A DNA stretch of 60,371 bases, filler included. It is 6 parts of 6 records of this genome, joined end to end, with 100 filler letters (N's around TTAATTAATTAA, not from the genome) between each part and the next. Parts side by side here need not be neighbours in the genome. Positions count along the whole stretch, not along the records: positions 29,991 to 47,294 come from SRR31147125_4996; positions 47,395 to 53,171 come from SRR31147125_4998; 4 more parts are not named here. The stretch is one strand, 5' to 3'. Positions 39,637-50,411 of the stretch are shown one piece after another. The position numbers and the translations under genes are program-made. The notes below the pieces were generated by a model that searched no databases, was not told where the DNA came from, and saw only the letters and a list, made by a program, of their open reading frames with translations. Position 1 is the stretch's first letter. The number at the start of each line of letters is the position of its first letter.

Positions 39637-40473
39637 TTATTTTAAATCTTTCGTATCTACAAAATCCATATCGTCAAATGTAATGTTTTCACCACACATA
39701 CCCCAAATAAATGTATAATTTGAAGTTGCTACACCAGAGTGTATAGACCAACTTGGAGAAATAATTGCTTGTTCATTTGCTACAACTAAATGTCTGGTTT
39801 CTTGAGGTTGTCCCATAAAATGGAATACTCTTGTATCAGGTTGCATATCAAAATAGAAATAAACTTCCATTCTTCTTTCATGTGTATGACATGGCATCGT
39901 ATTCCATACATTACCAGGTTCTAACACAGTCATACCCATAACTAGTTGACAAGATTGACATACTGCAGGGTGTACGTATTGATAAATCGTTCTCACATTT
40001 AATGCTTTTGGATCACCTAAATGTCTTGGATTCGCATTTTCAAATGGAATATGAACAATAGGAAATGCTTGATGTGCTGGTGCACTATTCACATAAAATT
40101 TTGCTGGATTATTTTTATCAACTGATGAAAATGAAACAACTTTGACACCTGCGCCTACATATAACCCATCACGTGCTGCCATATCATAAGACTCACCATC
40201 GAGTTCAATCACACCTGCGCCACCAACATTAATCACACCTAATTCTCTACGTTCCAAGAAAAAATCAGTGCCTAAGTCTTTTGTGACTGGTAGTTCTAAT
40301 TTCTTATCAACAGGTAATACGCCTCCTGCAATAATTCTATCGTGATGTGAGTATGTTAAATTAATTTCATCCTTTACAAATACTTCTTCTATTAAATAAC
40401 GATCTCTTAATGTTTTTGTATCATATGATTTTGAATCAGCGGGATGGTTATTATATCTTACTTCTAATTTCAT
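39637..40473 (-). CDS. kduI: 5-dehydro-4-deoxy-D-glucuronate isomerase
   Basis: FLERRELG, WNTMPCHTHERRMEVYFYF, SPSWSIHSG, FIWGMCGEN. Confidence 0.96.
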   Translation of the reverse strand: MKLEVRYNNHPADSKSYDTKTLRDRYLIEEVFVKDEINLTYSHHDRIIAGGVLPVDKKLELPVTKDLGTDFFLERRELGVINVGGAGVIELDGESYDMAARDGLYVGAGVKVVSFSSVDKNNPAKFYVNSAPAHQAFPIVHIPFENANPRHLGDPKALNVRTIYQYVHPAVCQSCQLVMGMTVLEPGNVWNTMPCHTHERRMEVYFYFDMQPDTRVFHFMGQPQETRHLVVANEQAIISPSWSIHSGVATSNYTFIWGMCGENITFDDMDFVDTKDLK

Positions 40474-40477
40474 TTTT

Positions 40478-41299
40478 TTATTTCCCTTCTTTGAATATAT
40501 TCGATATATATGTATAACTTGAATCTATATCATCGTCTACGACACCCTCGAAGATGATATAGGCTTGTTTAATTTCTTTTTTTATTCTTCTTATGATGTA
40601 ATTATAATCCATCATACCTTGTCCAAGTCCAACTTGTTTTAGTTGGTTGTTTTCAACAATAAAATCTTTAAAGTGGAAAATGACAATATCATCACGCAAT
40701 AAATTGAGCGCTTCATCAAATATTTCATTTCTTTGCTTGTAATTTCCGATATGGAGAAAATTAAATAAGTCCACCGTGACTTTTAAATGAGGATTATGAA
40801 TACGGTCAACAACTTCTTTTATTCGCTTTGGACTATATGCAACATGTGCATATGCACCTTCAATTGCTACACAAACACCATGCTTTTCAGCTTCATCAAC
40901 TAAGTCTTGAAATATATCAATCACTTGTTCAAGTGCTTGCTGTGTATGATTTTCCGGCATATAACCCCACGGTTTACCCATATATGACCCTGTTTCACTA
41001 CCGACAAAAGAACAATTTAATGATGAAGCGATGGCGATGTGTTTTTTAAAATTATCAATGCCATTATCAATCATCTCTTGATCAGGATGCACCGGATTGA
41101 AATATGCTCCAAGCATCATCACATCTATATCTTTAAATGCTTCTTTAATCGGTTGTAAGTGGTTAAAATCTATATCTTGATCTATCGCTTTTTTAAAAAC
41201 GAGTTGAACACCTTCAAAATGCCTACTTTTAACAGTTTGAGCAAGTTTTATTGCATTAAACTTACCGATATCGTGTGCTCGTATACCAATTTTATACAT
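40478..41299 (-). CDS. Sugar phosphate isomerase/epimerase (xylose isomerase-like TIM barrel)
   Basis: IGIRAHD, VGSETG, AIEG, FHFKDF, IFEG. Likely start MYKIG at 41299 rather than the ORF track's 41350. Confidence 0.82.
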   Translation of the reverse strand: MYKIGIRAHDIGKFNAIKLAQTVKSRHFEGVQLVFKKAIDQDIDFNHLQPIKEAFKDIDVMMLGAYFNPVHPDQEMIDNGIDNFKKHIAIASSLNCSFVGSETGSYMGKPWGYMPENHTQQALEQVIDIFQDLVDEAEKHGVCVAIEGAYAHVAYSPKRIKEVVDRIHNPHLKVTVDLFNFLHIGNYKQRNEIFDEALNLLRDDIVIFHFKDFIVENNQLKQVGLGQGMMDYNYIIRRIKKEIKQAYIIFEGVVDDDIDSSYTYISNIFKEGK

Positions 41300-42002
41300 T
41301 AAAGTTGCCCATATAGCCAAGTTTTCTTGAGATGCGTTGTGCGATTTCAAGAAACTCTTTTGCTAGTGAATCTTGATGATGATCATCAATAGCTAAATCT
41401 GAAGCTGATATAACACCAACGACACGATTTTCAAAGTTATAAACTGGTGCAGCAATCGTATTTAAATGTGCTGATTCATCAAGATGACTAAACACATAAC
41501 CATTTTTCTTAATTGATGCATACTCATCTAAGTCTTTATTCAATACTTTTTGATCAAAAACAGCATAACATTTACCAATAGCACCACATTCAAAGTCTCT
41601 TGTAATCGTACCGATAACCTCTGGTGTAACAACTTTTGAATTACTTGGTTGATATTTATAAACATAAACAATTTTATCAACAATGCGCTTTGTAATAAAA
41701 ACAGTACGTCCATGTTTGTTTGCAAATTGTTTTAATTCATATTCTCCAGATTCAATTAGACTTGAATTTTTCGTATATACTGATCCAATCGCAAACATCT
41801 TAGACCCTATGACATAATTTTTCAATCTTGGATCTTTGTAATAGATGGCATCCGCTTTATAAAGCGTTTGCAAGAAATCATAAACAGTAGCTTTAGGAAT
41901 ATCTAGCATACGATATATTTGTCCTAAAGTCAGACCTTCATCATGTTTTGCTATCAACTCTAAAATCGCAAGCAATCTAACAACTGATCGGTTTTCTTTC
42001 AT
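41292..42002 (-). CDS. IclR-family regulator (KdgR-like)
   Basis: RSVVR...IPKATVYDFLQTL HTH and C-terminal IAAPVY...VVGVIS. Sits in the KDG operon. Confidence 0.88.
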   Translation of the reverse strand: MKENRSVVRLLAILELIAKHDEGLTLGQIYRMLDIPKATVYDFLQTLYKADAIYYKDPRLKNYVIGSKMFAIGSVYTKNSSLIESGEYELKQFANKHGRTVFITKRIVDKIVYVYKYQPSNSKVVTPEVIGTITRDFECGAIGKCYAVFDQKVLNKDLDEYASIKKNGYVFSHLDESAHLNTIAAPVYNFENRVVGVISASDLAIDDHHQDSLAKEFLEIAQRISRKLGYMGNFNV

Positions 42003-43021
42003 CGTTGAACACGTCCTGACGCATCACCTTGAGCAAGTGTTTCAACTTCTTTTTCATCAACTAAGTTGAAATCACCAGGAATTGTATGTTTTAACGCACT
42101 TGCAGCAACTGCAAATTCGATTGCATCTTGTGGTTCTCTCGTTAATAGTCCATGGATTAATCCACCAGCAAAAGAATCTCCACCGCCAACACGGTCAATA
42201 ATTGGATTAATTTCATAACGTTTACTTTGATAGAACTCTTTTCCATCATATAGCAATGCACTCCAGCCATTTTTTGTCGCTGAAAATGATTCTCTAAGTG
42301 TTGATGTTACAAATTTAAATCCGAATTCGTCCATCATTTCTTTAAATATTTGTTTATATCCATCAGCATTTAGTTTTCCAGATGTAACATCCGTATGTGC
42401 TGGTTTAAACCCTAATACGAGTTCAGCATCTTCTTCGTTTCCTATACATACATCTACATATTGCATAAGATCTTTCATAACTGCTTGAGCTTCTTCGGGT
42501 GTCCATAATTTTTTTCTATAATTTAAATCGACAGACACCATCACACCATGTTTTTTCGCTGCTTGACAAGCTGCTTTTGTTATAAGTGCTGCTTGAGGAC
42601 TCACTGCAGGCGTAATACCACTCCAATGAAACCATTTCGCATCTTTAAATATTTCATCAAAATCAAAATCAGATATATTTGCATGTGCAATTGATGAATT
42701 TGCACGATCATAGACAACCTTTGAAGGTCTCATTGATGCCCCTGTTTCTAAGAAATAAATACCGACGCGATCCCCACCACGTGATATAAAATCAGTATTG
42801 ACACCAAATCTTTTTAAATGATTAACTGCACTTTGACCAATTTCATGTGTTGGTAATTTAGAAACAAAATATGCTTCATGACCATAATTAGCAAGCGATA
42901 CAGCAACATTTGCTTCTCCCCCACCATATACAACATCAAATTGATTGCTTTGCACAAATCTGAAATGTCCAGGTGTTGATAATCTCAACATGATTTCTCC
43001 TAATGTAACTACTTTACTCAT
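41999..43021 (-). CDS. kdgK: 2-keto-3-deoxygluconate kinase (copy 1)
   Basis: Same motifs as 36484-37506. Directly downstream of eda. Confidence 0.92.
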   Translation of the reverse strand: MSKVVTLGEIMLRLSTPGHFRFVQSNQFDVVYGGGEANVAVSLANYGHEAYFVSKLPTHEIGQSAVNHLKRFGVNTDFISRGGDRVGIYFLETGASMRPSKVVYDRANSSIAHANISDFDFDEIFKDAKWFHWSGITPAVSPQAALITKAACQAAKKHGVMVSVDLNYRKKLWTPEEAQAVMKDLMQYVDVCIGNEEDAELVLGFKPAHTDVTSGKLNADGYKQIFKEMMDEFGFKFVTSTLRESFSATKNGWSALLYDGKEFYQSKRYEINPIIDRVGGGDSFAGGLIHGLLTREPQDAIEFAVAASALKHTIPGDFNLVDEKEVETLAQGDASGRVQR

Positions 43022-43035
43022 TTATGACTTACCTC

Positions 43036-43677
43036 CTATTGTCTTGCTTCTTTAACGGCTTTAACAAATGCTATTGCATTTTGTTTAACACCTTCATAAT
43101 CTTTATTTTTGGCAGGTGCAGTTAAGCTACCACCTACACCAACTGCCACAACTCCATTTTTGATCCATGTATCAACATTGTCTAAAGATACACCACCTGT
43201 TGGCATAATGTTTGCTTGTGGTAGTGGCCCTTTAACCGCTTTGACAAAACCTGGACCAAATGCGCTTCCTGGAAATAGTTTTACAATATCTACACCGGCT
43301 TCCATTGCTTGAATCATTTCAGTAATTGTCAAACATCCAGGCATGTATGGAATTTGATATCTATTGCATAATTTTGCTGATTCTAAATCAAAGCCAGGAC
43401 TTACAATATATTTAGCCCCCGCTAATATAGCTATTCTTGCTGTTTCACTATCTAAAACAGTGCCTGCGCCAACAATTAATTGATCATCTGAAAATGTCTG
43501 GTCTAATTTTTTTATAACATCTGCTGCACCCGGTACAGTAAACGTAACTTCTATTGCAGGTATGCCACCTTCGATACAAGCCTTAGAAATGTTAATAGCT
43601 TGTTCCTCGTTTTCAGCTCTCACGACTGCAACAACACCCACATCGGTGATTTTTTTTAATATATTTTGTTTATACAT
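43036..43677 (-). CDS. eda: KDPG/KHG aldolase
   Basis: VVAVVR, IEVTF, VGAGTVLD, VKLFPG, MPTGGV. Confidence 0.94.
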   Translation of the reverse strand: MYKQNILKKITDVGVVAVVRAENEEQAINISKACIEGGIPAIEVTFTVPGAADVIKKLDQTFSDDQLIVGAGTVLDSETARIAILAGAKYIVSPGFDLESAKLCNRYQIPYMPGCLTITEMIQAMEAGVDIVKLFPGSAFGPGFVKAVKGPLPQANIMPTGGVSLDNVDTWIKNGVVAVGVGGSLTAPAKNKDYEGVKQNAIAFVKAVKEARQ

Positions 43678-43753
43678 ATAGATACCTCCCTGATATAATG
43701 CACACTGTTTATTATACTATGTATTATTATAACCCTTATTTAGGGTTATTTTT

Positions 43754-45295
43754 TTATTTTTCATCAAATTCTTTTACATGTTCTAGCACTAATGGTTGTC
43801 CTATACATCCATTGAGCAATACTTGATCTAATATAACTTCATCAACATATCTAAATTGAAGTCCTTCACCACGCATAGGATCTAGATAACTCATCATGGC
43901 TGGTCTATCTTCACGTGGCTGTTTTGCATAATTAAATACTACATTTTTAATTTCAATTGATTTTATCGGCTGTTCTGGCAATCCATAAAAGAATCCTGCA
44001 GTAGCATGAACATTATCACATACTATGTTTTTAAACATAAAACGTCCTAAATATGGTGTACGATGATCAACTGGTTTCATCGCTTTACTCCATACATATT
44101 CTGTTTTTCCATCATCGTCACAAAAATAATACATATTCATGACAAGTGGAGATATAACATCTTCCATATAGATATGGTTAAACTCAATACCATCTATAAT
44201 TGATGATTCACCGCGACCTCTTCTTGTTTTAATTCTAAGCCCGCGATCTGTTTGTCTAAAATAACATTTTGTTACAGTTAAATCTTTGACGCCAGCACTT
44301 GTTTCACTACCAAGGACAACTGCACCATGACCATATTGCATTAAACAATTTCTTACAACCATATCGGATGTAGGCTTACGATATTTCATACCTAAATCAT
44401 ATTTATTTGATTTAATAGCAATACAATCATCACCCACTGAAAACTCAACACCAATCACATTAACATGATCACACGCCTCTGGATCACATCCATCAGTATT
44501 TGGTGAATCTTTAGGACTAATGAGTTTCATATCAATAAAATCAATATAACTACTAAAATAAGGATGTAAATTCCATGATGGTGTATTAGTGACTGTAACA
44601 CCTTGAAAACCAATGTTTTTACAATTTGATAAGAACACACCTTTAGGTCTCCATGCACCACCACGCATCGTCTTGTGATCAATCCACCAATCTGATTGAT
44701 GGGCATTTTCATCAACGATACCTTCACCAATAAATTTAACATGTTCAACTTCAATACCTGTAATCAAACTTGCAAATGTATCTTGTGCTTCTCCTTCCCA
44801 ACTCGACAATTCTAAAATTGAATCATCATTTTTTATAATTTGAGCTGGTAAAATAGGATATTTATTTCTATCAGTTTCTCCTAATAGAGTTGCCCCTTTT
44901 TTTAAATATATCGTCGTATGACTTTTTAAAAATAGCGGTCCAATATAATATGTCCCTTCCGGTATAACAACAACACCATCTTTGGGACATGCATAAATAG
45001 CAGTTTGTATGGCTGTCGTATCAAGATGTTTCCCATCGCCATATGCATTAAAATCTTTAACATTTACAATAGCACTCGCATCATCAGTTTTAAAAGTTAT
45101 TGACTGATTATTAACGCTCACTGTATAAGATGTATGAGGTTTTAAATCATAAAGAGAAAACACATTTTTCTCTACCGATTTTTTAATAAGTTGATCATCT
45201 AAAAATACGTCATATGCTGATTTAGCATAATAAATATCATTATTGTTTAATTCGAATGTCGCACTAACGGCTGATTTAAATATAAGTTCAATCAT
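43754..45295 (-). CDS. GH28 polygalacturonase (no signal peptide; N-terminal FN3-like domain)
   Basis: SPNTDG, GDDCIAIK, GHG, RGLRIKT catalytic motifs. Confidence 0.93.
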   Translation of the reverse strand: MIELIFKSAVSATFELNNNDIYYAKSAYDVFLDDQLIKKSVEKNVFSLYDLKPHTSYTVSVNNQSITFKTDDASAIVNVKDFNAYGDGKHLDTTAIQTAIYACPKDGVVVIPEGTYYIGPLFLKSHTTIYLKKGATLLGETDRNKYPILPAQIIKNDDSILELSSWEGEAQDTFASLITGIEVEHVKFIGEGIVDENAHQSDWWIDHKTMRGGAWRPKGVFLSNCKNIGFQGVTVTNTPSWNLHPYFSSYIDFIDMKLISPKDSPNTDGCDPEACDHVNVIGVEFSVGDDCIAIKSNKYDLGMKYRKPTSDMVVRNCLMQYGHGAVVLGSETSAGVKDLTVTKCYFRQTDRGLRIKTRRGRGESSIIDGIEFNHIYMEDVISPLVMNMYYFCDDDGKTEYVWSKAMKPVDHRTPYLGRFMFKNIVCDNVHATAGFFYGLPEQPIKSIEIKNVVFNYAKQPREDRPAMMSYLDPMRGEGLQFRYVDEVILDQVLLNGCIGQPLVLEHVKEFDEK

Positions 45296-45809
45296 GTTTG
45301 TTTTCCTTTGTTTTTTTAAAAAACAATCTTATTTTCATCCATAAATAATCATAGAAAATAAATAAAAATCCAAATGTGAAAGGATCTGCTTCAGCATCAC
45401 TAATGATGCTGCCAATTGTTTTAAACTGTAGCATGCCAACCCATAATTCCAACGTTAATAAAATGAGGATTGTTATCACAATCGCATAAAATAAAGTTGC
45501 AAATATACTAAGTGCTTTTTTTCTTGGTATTTCATGCGCTAAATACATTTTAGTTGGAAACTCTTTTCTATCCATCCATAAGATAATTGTATAACCAACA
45601 TATTCTAAGCCTAAAGCTAATATAATCATTAGCATAACAACTCTGTCAAGATAATCAACATTTGTTGAAGGTATACCTAAAATCGCAAGATAAAAAGCAG
45701 CACCAGCTAACCAATACTTTAAGAACCAAATTTTAAATTTTGGTGAAATTGTTGAAAATTTATCAACATGATATGGATTTAATTGATTGTTATTCTTTTT
45801 CTTTGACAT
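45288..45809 (-). CDS. Hypothetical membrane protein (about 4 TM)
   Basis: Overlaps both neighbours in the operon. Likely start MSKKK at 45809. Confidence 0.7.
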   Translation of the reverse strand: MSKKKNNNQLNPYHVDKFSTISPKFKIWFLKYWLAGAAFYLAILGIPSTNVDYLDRVVMLMIILALGLEYVGYTIILWMDRKEFPTKMYLAHEIPRKKALSIFATLFYAIVITILILLTLELWVGMLQFKTIGSIISDAEADPFTFGFLFIFYDYLWMKIRLFFKKTKENKHD

Positions 45810-46341
45810 ATTTCCAATCCACATATATCCATGCAAATACTGTACCCACTAAAAATATTAATGCAGCTGAGATATTCATTGTAAACGCAAACCTAGTTGC
45901 TGAATCAATGACATAATCAGATCTTGTTGCAGCTTCATGAACAAATGCAGCTCTATAACTAAATGCTAAAACTAATTGAACAACTGTTATCAGTGATAAC
46001 GCACCGAGAATCATTGGTGATTGCTTTTTACCAAAAGTAATTGCATTAAATAATTGAATAACAGATAATAAATACATTAAAAATAAAAATACAGCTGTTA
46101 AATTATTTTGTGTAGAACTTGTGAGTTGTTGTATTGCATATATATGACTTTCTAGTTCGATTTCTGTGTTTTGTATTTCGAAATCAAGAAATGCAGTAAA
46201 CATAATTGTTCCAATAAATATAAAAATCATTGGAATTTTTTGTTTATTAAATGAATACCAATATACAAACCACTCTTTCATTTTAACAAAAAAACTTGAA
46301 GATTCTACAGTTTGTTCGGTTTCTTTATTTCTTAGTTCCAT
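45790..46341 (-). CDS. Hypothetical membrane protein (about 4 TM)
   Basis: Overlaps neighbours. Likely start MELRNK at 46341. Confidence 0.7.
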   Translation of the reverse strand: MELRNKETEQTVESSSFFVKMKEWFVYWYSFNKQKIPMIFIFIGTIMFTAFLDFEIQNTEIELESHIYAIQQLTSSTQNNLTAVFLFLMYLLSVIQLFNAITFGKKQSPMILGALSLITVVQLVLAFSYRAAFVHEAATRSDYVIDSATRFAFTMNISAALIFLVGTVFAWIYVDWKYVKEKE

Positions 46342-47294
46342 AAATTCTCTTCTCCGTTTCTTTATCAAAGAAATAAATGTTTTCAATATCAAAGCTAGAA
46401 ACTATCTCGTCACCTATATTAAATATGTGACGTGCGCTTATTTTCGCATTAACATTTACATCATTTATTTTAAAGTGTACTAATCCTTCTGCACCTAATA
46501 ATTCATAAACATCAACTGTTGTATATATACCATGTCTTTTACAACATGCATTATCAATTTGCATAAATTCAGGTCTAACTCCAATGATCAGTTCTCTATT
46601 AAAGTAACCATTATTTTTTAAGTTATCAAATGCTTCATGTCCAGATATATCAAATGCAACATCTGCAACAATCAACTCGCCTTTATCATTAATTTTTGCA
46701 TGGAACATATTCATAGGTGGTGTCCCAATAAAGTTTGCTACAAATAAATTTGCTGGATTATTATACACTTCAGCAGGTGTTCCAATTTGTTGAACGTAGC
46801 CATTATTCATAATGACAATACGATCTGCTAAAGTTAGTGCTTCAATTTGATCATGCGTGACATAGACCATTGTTGTTTTTAATCGATTGTGAAGTGCTTT
46901 TAACTCTTTACGCATCGATCCTCTTAATTTCGCATCTAGATTTGATAATGGTTCATCGAGTAAAAATATTTTAGGATCACGTACAATCGCACGGCCAAGC
47001 GCAACACGCTGTCTTTGGCCACCTGATAATTCTTTAGGTTTTCTGTTTAAATACGGTACTAACCCAAGTATCTCAGCAGCCCACATCACTCTCTCATGAA
47101 TTAAACTCGTATCCGTATGTCTCAACACTAAACTAAATGCCATATTATGATAAACAGTCATATGTGCATAAAGCGCATAATTTTGAAAAACCATTGAGAT
47201 ATCTCTATCTTTAGGTGCAATATCATTAACGACTTGATCATCAATTGTCAATTCTCCCGAAGATATTTCTTCAAGACCTGCAATCATTCTAAGT
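46325..47294 (-). CDS. Sugar ABC ATPase (MsmX/MalK family), 5'-truncated
   Basis: MVFQNYALY, LSGGQRQRVALGRA, LDEPLSNLDAKLR, YVTHDQ. Confidence 0.95.
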
Positions 47295-47394
47295 NNNNNN
47301 NNNNNNNNNNNNNNNNNNNNNNNNNNNNNNNNNNNNNNTTAATTAATTAANNNNNNNNNNNNNNNNNNNNNNNNNNNNNNNNNNNNNNNNNNNN
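47295..47394. other. Artificial contig linker
   Basis: N-TTAATTAATTAA-N. Confidence 0.99.
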
Positions 47395-47714
47395 CTTTTG
47401 TAATATTAGAGGGCGAAATAGGGAGTATTCTATTGCTTAATACTAAGGGAATGTTGTTTATAATAATACTTGGCATTGTTCATACAGGAATAGCTTATGT
47501 TTTGTATTTTTCCACTTATAGTAATTTGACATCTATTGAAATTATCACCTATAGTTATTTGGAGCCTATATTTGGAATACTGCTTAGTGTTATTTTCTTA
47601 AGCGAAAAAATATCTTTTACTCAAATTTTGGGTGGTGCTATGATTCTTGGTTCAACTTATATAGGAGAATTCATTAAATCAAGAATAACAAAGGAGAGGG
47701 AAATTATAAAGTAG
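47395..47714 (+). CDS. DMT/EamA transporter, 5'-truncated
   Basis: GIVHTGIAYVLYF, YLEPIFG, FLSEK, ILGG.MIL. Confidence 0.85.
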
Positions 47715-47856
47715 TGTAGGAGTATCCGGAATTGTTTAAAAAACATTTGGTCCAAAGTGACATAAAACTTGGAATTAACGTCATAGTTCGAGTAAAGAGA
47801 ACGAACAATTTACCTTTAAAATAAGTAAAGAGAATAACACTTTAAATAAAATCTTA

Positions 47857-47916
47857 TTGACAATAAGCTTTAACAATGATATTATTATAAACGTTATAAC
47901 GTTATAACATTATAAT
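47857..47916 (+). promoter_or_regulatory. Promoter with tandem GTTATAAC operator-like repeats
   Basis: TTGACA-N17-TATTAT, then TTATAAAC GTTATAAC GTTATAAC ATTATAAT. Confidence 0.6.
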
Positions 47917-47917
47917 A

Positions 47918-49273
47918 ATGAAGGATAAGGAGAAAAATATGGAAAAATTCAAGAGAATTTCGTTAATTTTAGTTCTAGTTATTTGCATTCTAGTAAGTGG
48001 TTTGATTGGGTGCACAGGTAAAAATAATCAGGACGAAACAAGCAGTTCATCAGAATCAACAGAATTAAAAGAAGATGATTTAACTCCAACACAGGAAACT
48101 ACACTGGATTCCACTCAGGCTACTTTTTGGAATGATAAGCTGGCAAATGAAGCGGAGGTTGCAAAAAAAATTAAGGATGTTTGGACAGCGTCTTCAGATA
48201 TTGAAATAGACATGAATTCATTTAGTGATACAGCATCATATCAAACTGCTATAAGCCAGTCAATCGATAATGCTGATGCTGCGCCTAATGTATTTACTTG
48301 GTGGAGCGGTGAGCAACTTGAAACTTTGGCGACCTCAGGAAAGCTATTGGAACTTGATGATGTTTGGGATACGATTATTGAAATGGGAGTATCTTCTGAT
48401 ATTAAAGAAGCTCTTTCATATAATGGCCATGCATATGCAGTACCATATAGTTTGCTTAATAATGTATGTATTTATAATAAAAACGCTTTTGCCGAAGCAG
48501 GTATTACAGAAGAACCTGAAACTTTTGATGAATTCTTAGAAGTCTGCCAGAAACTTGTTGATGCAGGTATTACACCAATTGGTATTAAAAACGATTCATG
48601 GGCAAGTTTTATTTGGTTTCAGGCTTTAGTCGCTTCTTATGATCCGGAACTATATATTGGCGTATGTGATGGTTCGATTAAATACACAGATGATAGAATG
48701 GTAGAAGTTTTTGAAGTATGGCAGGATATGTTTGATAAAGGATATTTTGCAGATCCTGTTGCAGCTGGCGATAATGCTAAGAGAATAGCTTTAGGCGAAT
48801 GTGCAATCTTCATTGAACCACAATCTTATATTGCAGGACTTGAAAATGATTATGGATTAATCTCAGGTGAGGATATAGATGCTTTTGCTCTGCCTAGTAT
48901 GAATGGCGACAAAGCAGTAGTTTTCTTTGAAGTTTCTCCAATGGCAGTTCCGGCAGCTGTTTCAGACCCAGAAGCGTCAAAGCAAATGATACAAGGATAC
49001 TATACAGTAGATACTCAAAGTGTAACACTGGAAGAAAAGGGTATCGTTCTTACAGATACAGTTAGTGTTGAGAATCCAACGCTTGCAAAAATAAGCGCGA
49101 TGGCAGCGGATTCAGACAATTACCAGTCAATTCTTCGATATTACGAGAACACACCATCGCTGTTAAGAGATTTTGCGCTTAATGAACTGGCAAAATTTAT
49201 GGATGGTCAACAGGATGCAGCTACAACACTTGAAAACATTCAGGCAGAAGCAGATGAAGTTTTCACAGAATAA
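47918..49273 (+). CDS. Oligosaccharide ABC substrate-binding lipoprotein
   Basis: Lipobox LIGC, YNK..F..AGI...PETFDEF..VCQKL..AGITP. The start may be 47939. Confidence 0.9.
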   Translation: MKDKEKNMEKFKRISLILVLVICILVSGLIGCTGKNNQDETSSSSESTELKEDDLTPTQETTLDSTQATFWNDKLANEAEVAKKIKDVWTASSDIEIDMNSFSDTASYQTAISQSIDNADAAPNVFTWWSGEQLETLATSGKLLELDDVWDTIIEMGVSSDIKEALSYNGHAYAVPYSLLNNVCIYNKNAFAEAGITEEPETFDEFLEVCQKLVDAGITPIGIKNDSWASFIWFQALVASYDPELYIGVCDGSIKYTDDRMVEVFEVWQDMFDKGYFADPVAAGDNAKRIALGECAIFIEPQSYIAGLENDYGLISGEDIDAFALPSMNGDKAVVFFEVSPMAVPAAVSDPEASKQMIQGYYTVDTQSVTLEEKGIVLTDTVSVENPTLAKISAMAADSDNYQSILRYYENTPSLLRDFALNELAKFMDGQQDAATTLENIQAEADEVFTE

Positions 49274-49340
49274 ATAGATGGCTAATGTGATATACGCCTG
49301 TGATTTTCATGGGCGTATGTTGTTAAAGGAGTTAAATGGT

Positions 49341-50228
49341 ATGAAAAAGAATAATAATTTTAAAGCCTATCTTTTAGCGAAAAAGGACTATTTATATATT
49401 CTTCCTGCGGTAATATTTGTAACTGTGTTTTTTATTTCTTCAATTATATTTACTATACAGCTGAGTTTCTTTTCGTGGGATGGATTTTCTGAAAAGGTTT
49501 TTGCAGGATTGTCAAATTACACCAAGCTGTTTTCAGATAATAATTTTCAGATTTCAGTTATGAATACTTTTATCTGGGTTATCCTTTCGTTGGTAATTAA
49601 CTTGAGCTTTCCCTTGTTGCTTGCCATTTTAATTGTAAATAGCTCAAGATCTCCATTGTTTAAAAATATTTTTTATTTTCCGTCCACTCTTTCGGGAACG
49701 GTTGGAGGGCTGATCATGGTAGTTATGCTGTCAAAATACGGTTTGCCACAGATTTTTGGACTGATGGGATTTGAATCTATGGTAAGAGACTGGCTATCAA
49801 TTCCATATGTAAATACTTTCGTTATGATATTTATGGGAACTTGGCAGGGAATTGGCATGAGTATGCTATTATTTATTGCGGGACTTAGGAACCTTGATAA
49901 ATCTCCTATTGAGTCAGCACAGCTGGAGGGAGCCGGGAAGATATTAATATATAGAAAGGTAATTTTTCCTTCACTGAAACCGACAACTATTGTAGTTCTC
50001 CTTATGTCACTTGTTAATAGTTTTAAAGTATTTGATGGTATATGGGTTATGACAAAAGGCGGACCATATAGATCATCAGAAACCTTGGCATTGACTATGT
50101 ATATAGAGACTTTTGCTCGAAGTGATTACGGAGGCGGAGCAGCAGTGGCAGTAATTTTGACTTTGGTCATTATGTTTGTATCATATTTTAGCCTCAAAAA
50201 CACTTTTAATGCACGGGAGGGCAAATAG
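49341..50228 (+). CDS. Carbohydrate ABC permease
   Basis: ILPA, GLSNY, EAA loop ESAQLEGA, FKVFD...TKGGP. The ORF track starts at 49278. Confidence 0.9.
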   Translation: MKKNNNFKAYLLAKKDYLYILPAVIFVTVFFISSIIFTIQLSFFSWDGFSEKVFAGLSNYTKLFSDNNFQISVMNTFIWVILSLVINLSFPLLLAILIVNSSRSPLFKNIFYFPSTLSGTVGGLIMVVMLSKYGLPQIFGLMGFESMVRDWLSIPYVNTFVMIFMGTWQGIGMSMLLFIAGLRNLDKSPIESAQLEGAGKILIYRKVIFPSLKPTTIVVLLMSLVNSFKVFDGIWVMTKGGPYRSSETLALTMYIETFARSDYGGGAAVAVILTLVIMFVSYFSLKNTFNAREGK

Positions 50229-50411
50229 GGGAAATAGTGAACAAGGTATAAATAGGTAAGAGATCATGTAATTATGATGCACTTAGGAAGAATTGCGAAA
50301 TCTATGAAGACGAAAATGGGGACTTGAAATGTTAGATTGAGGAATTACGCACAAGTGTACAAAGCCTGTGTTATTAAGCAGCATTATCTTCAAAATAAAT
50401 ATTAAATAGCC

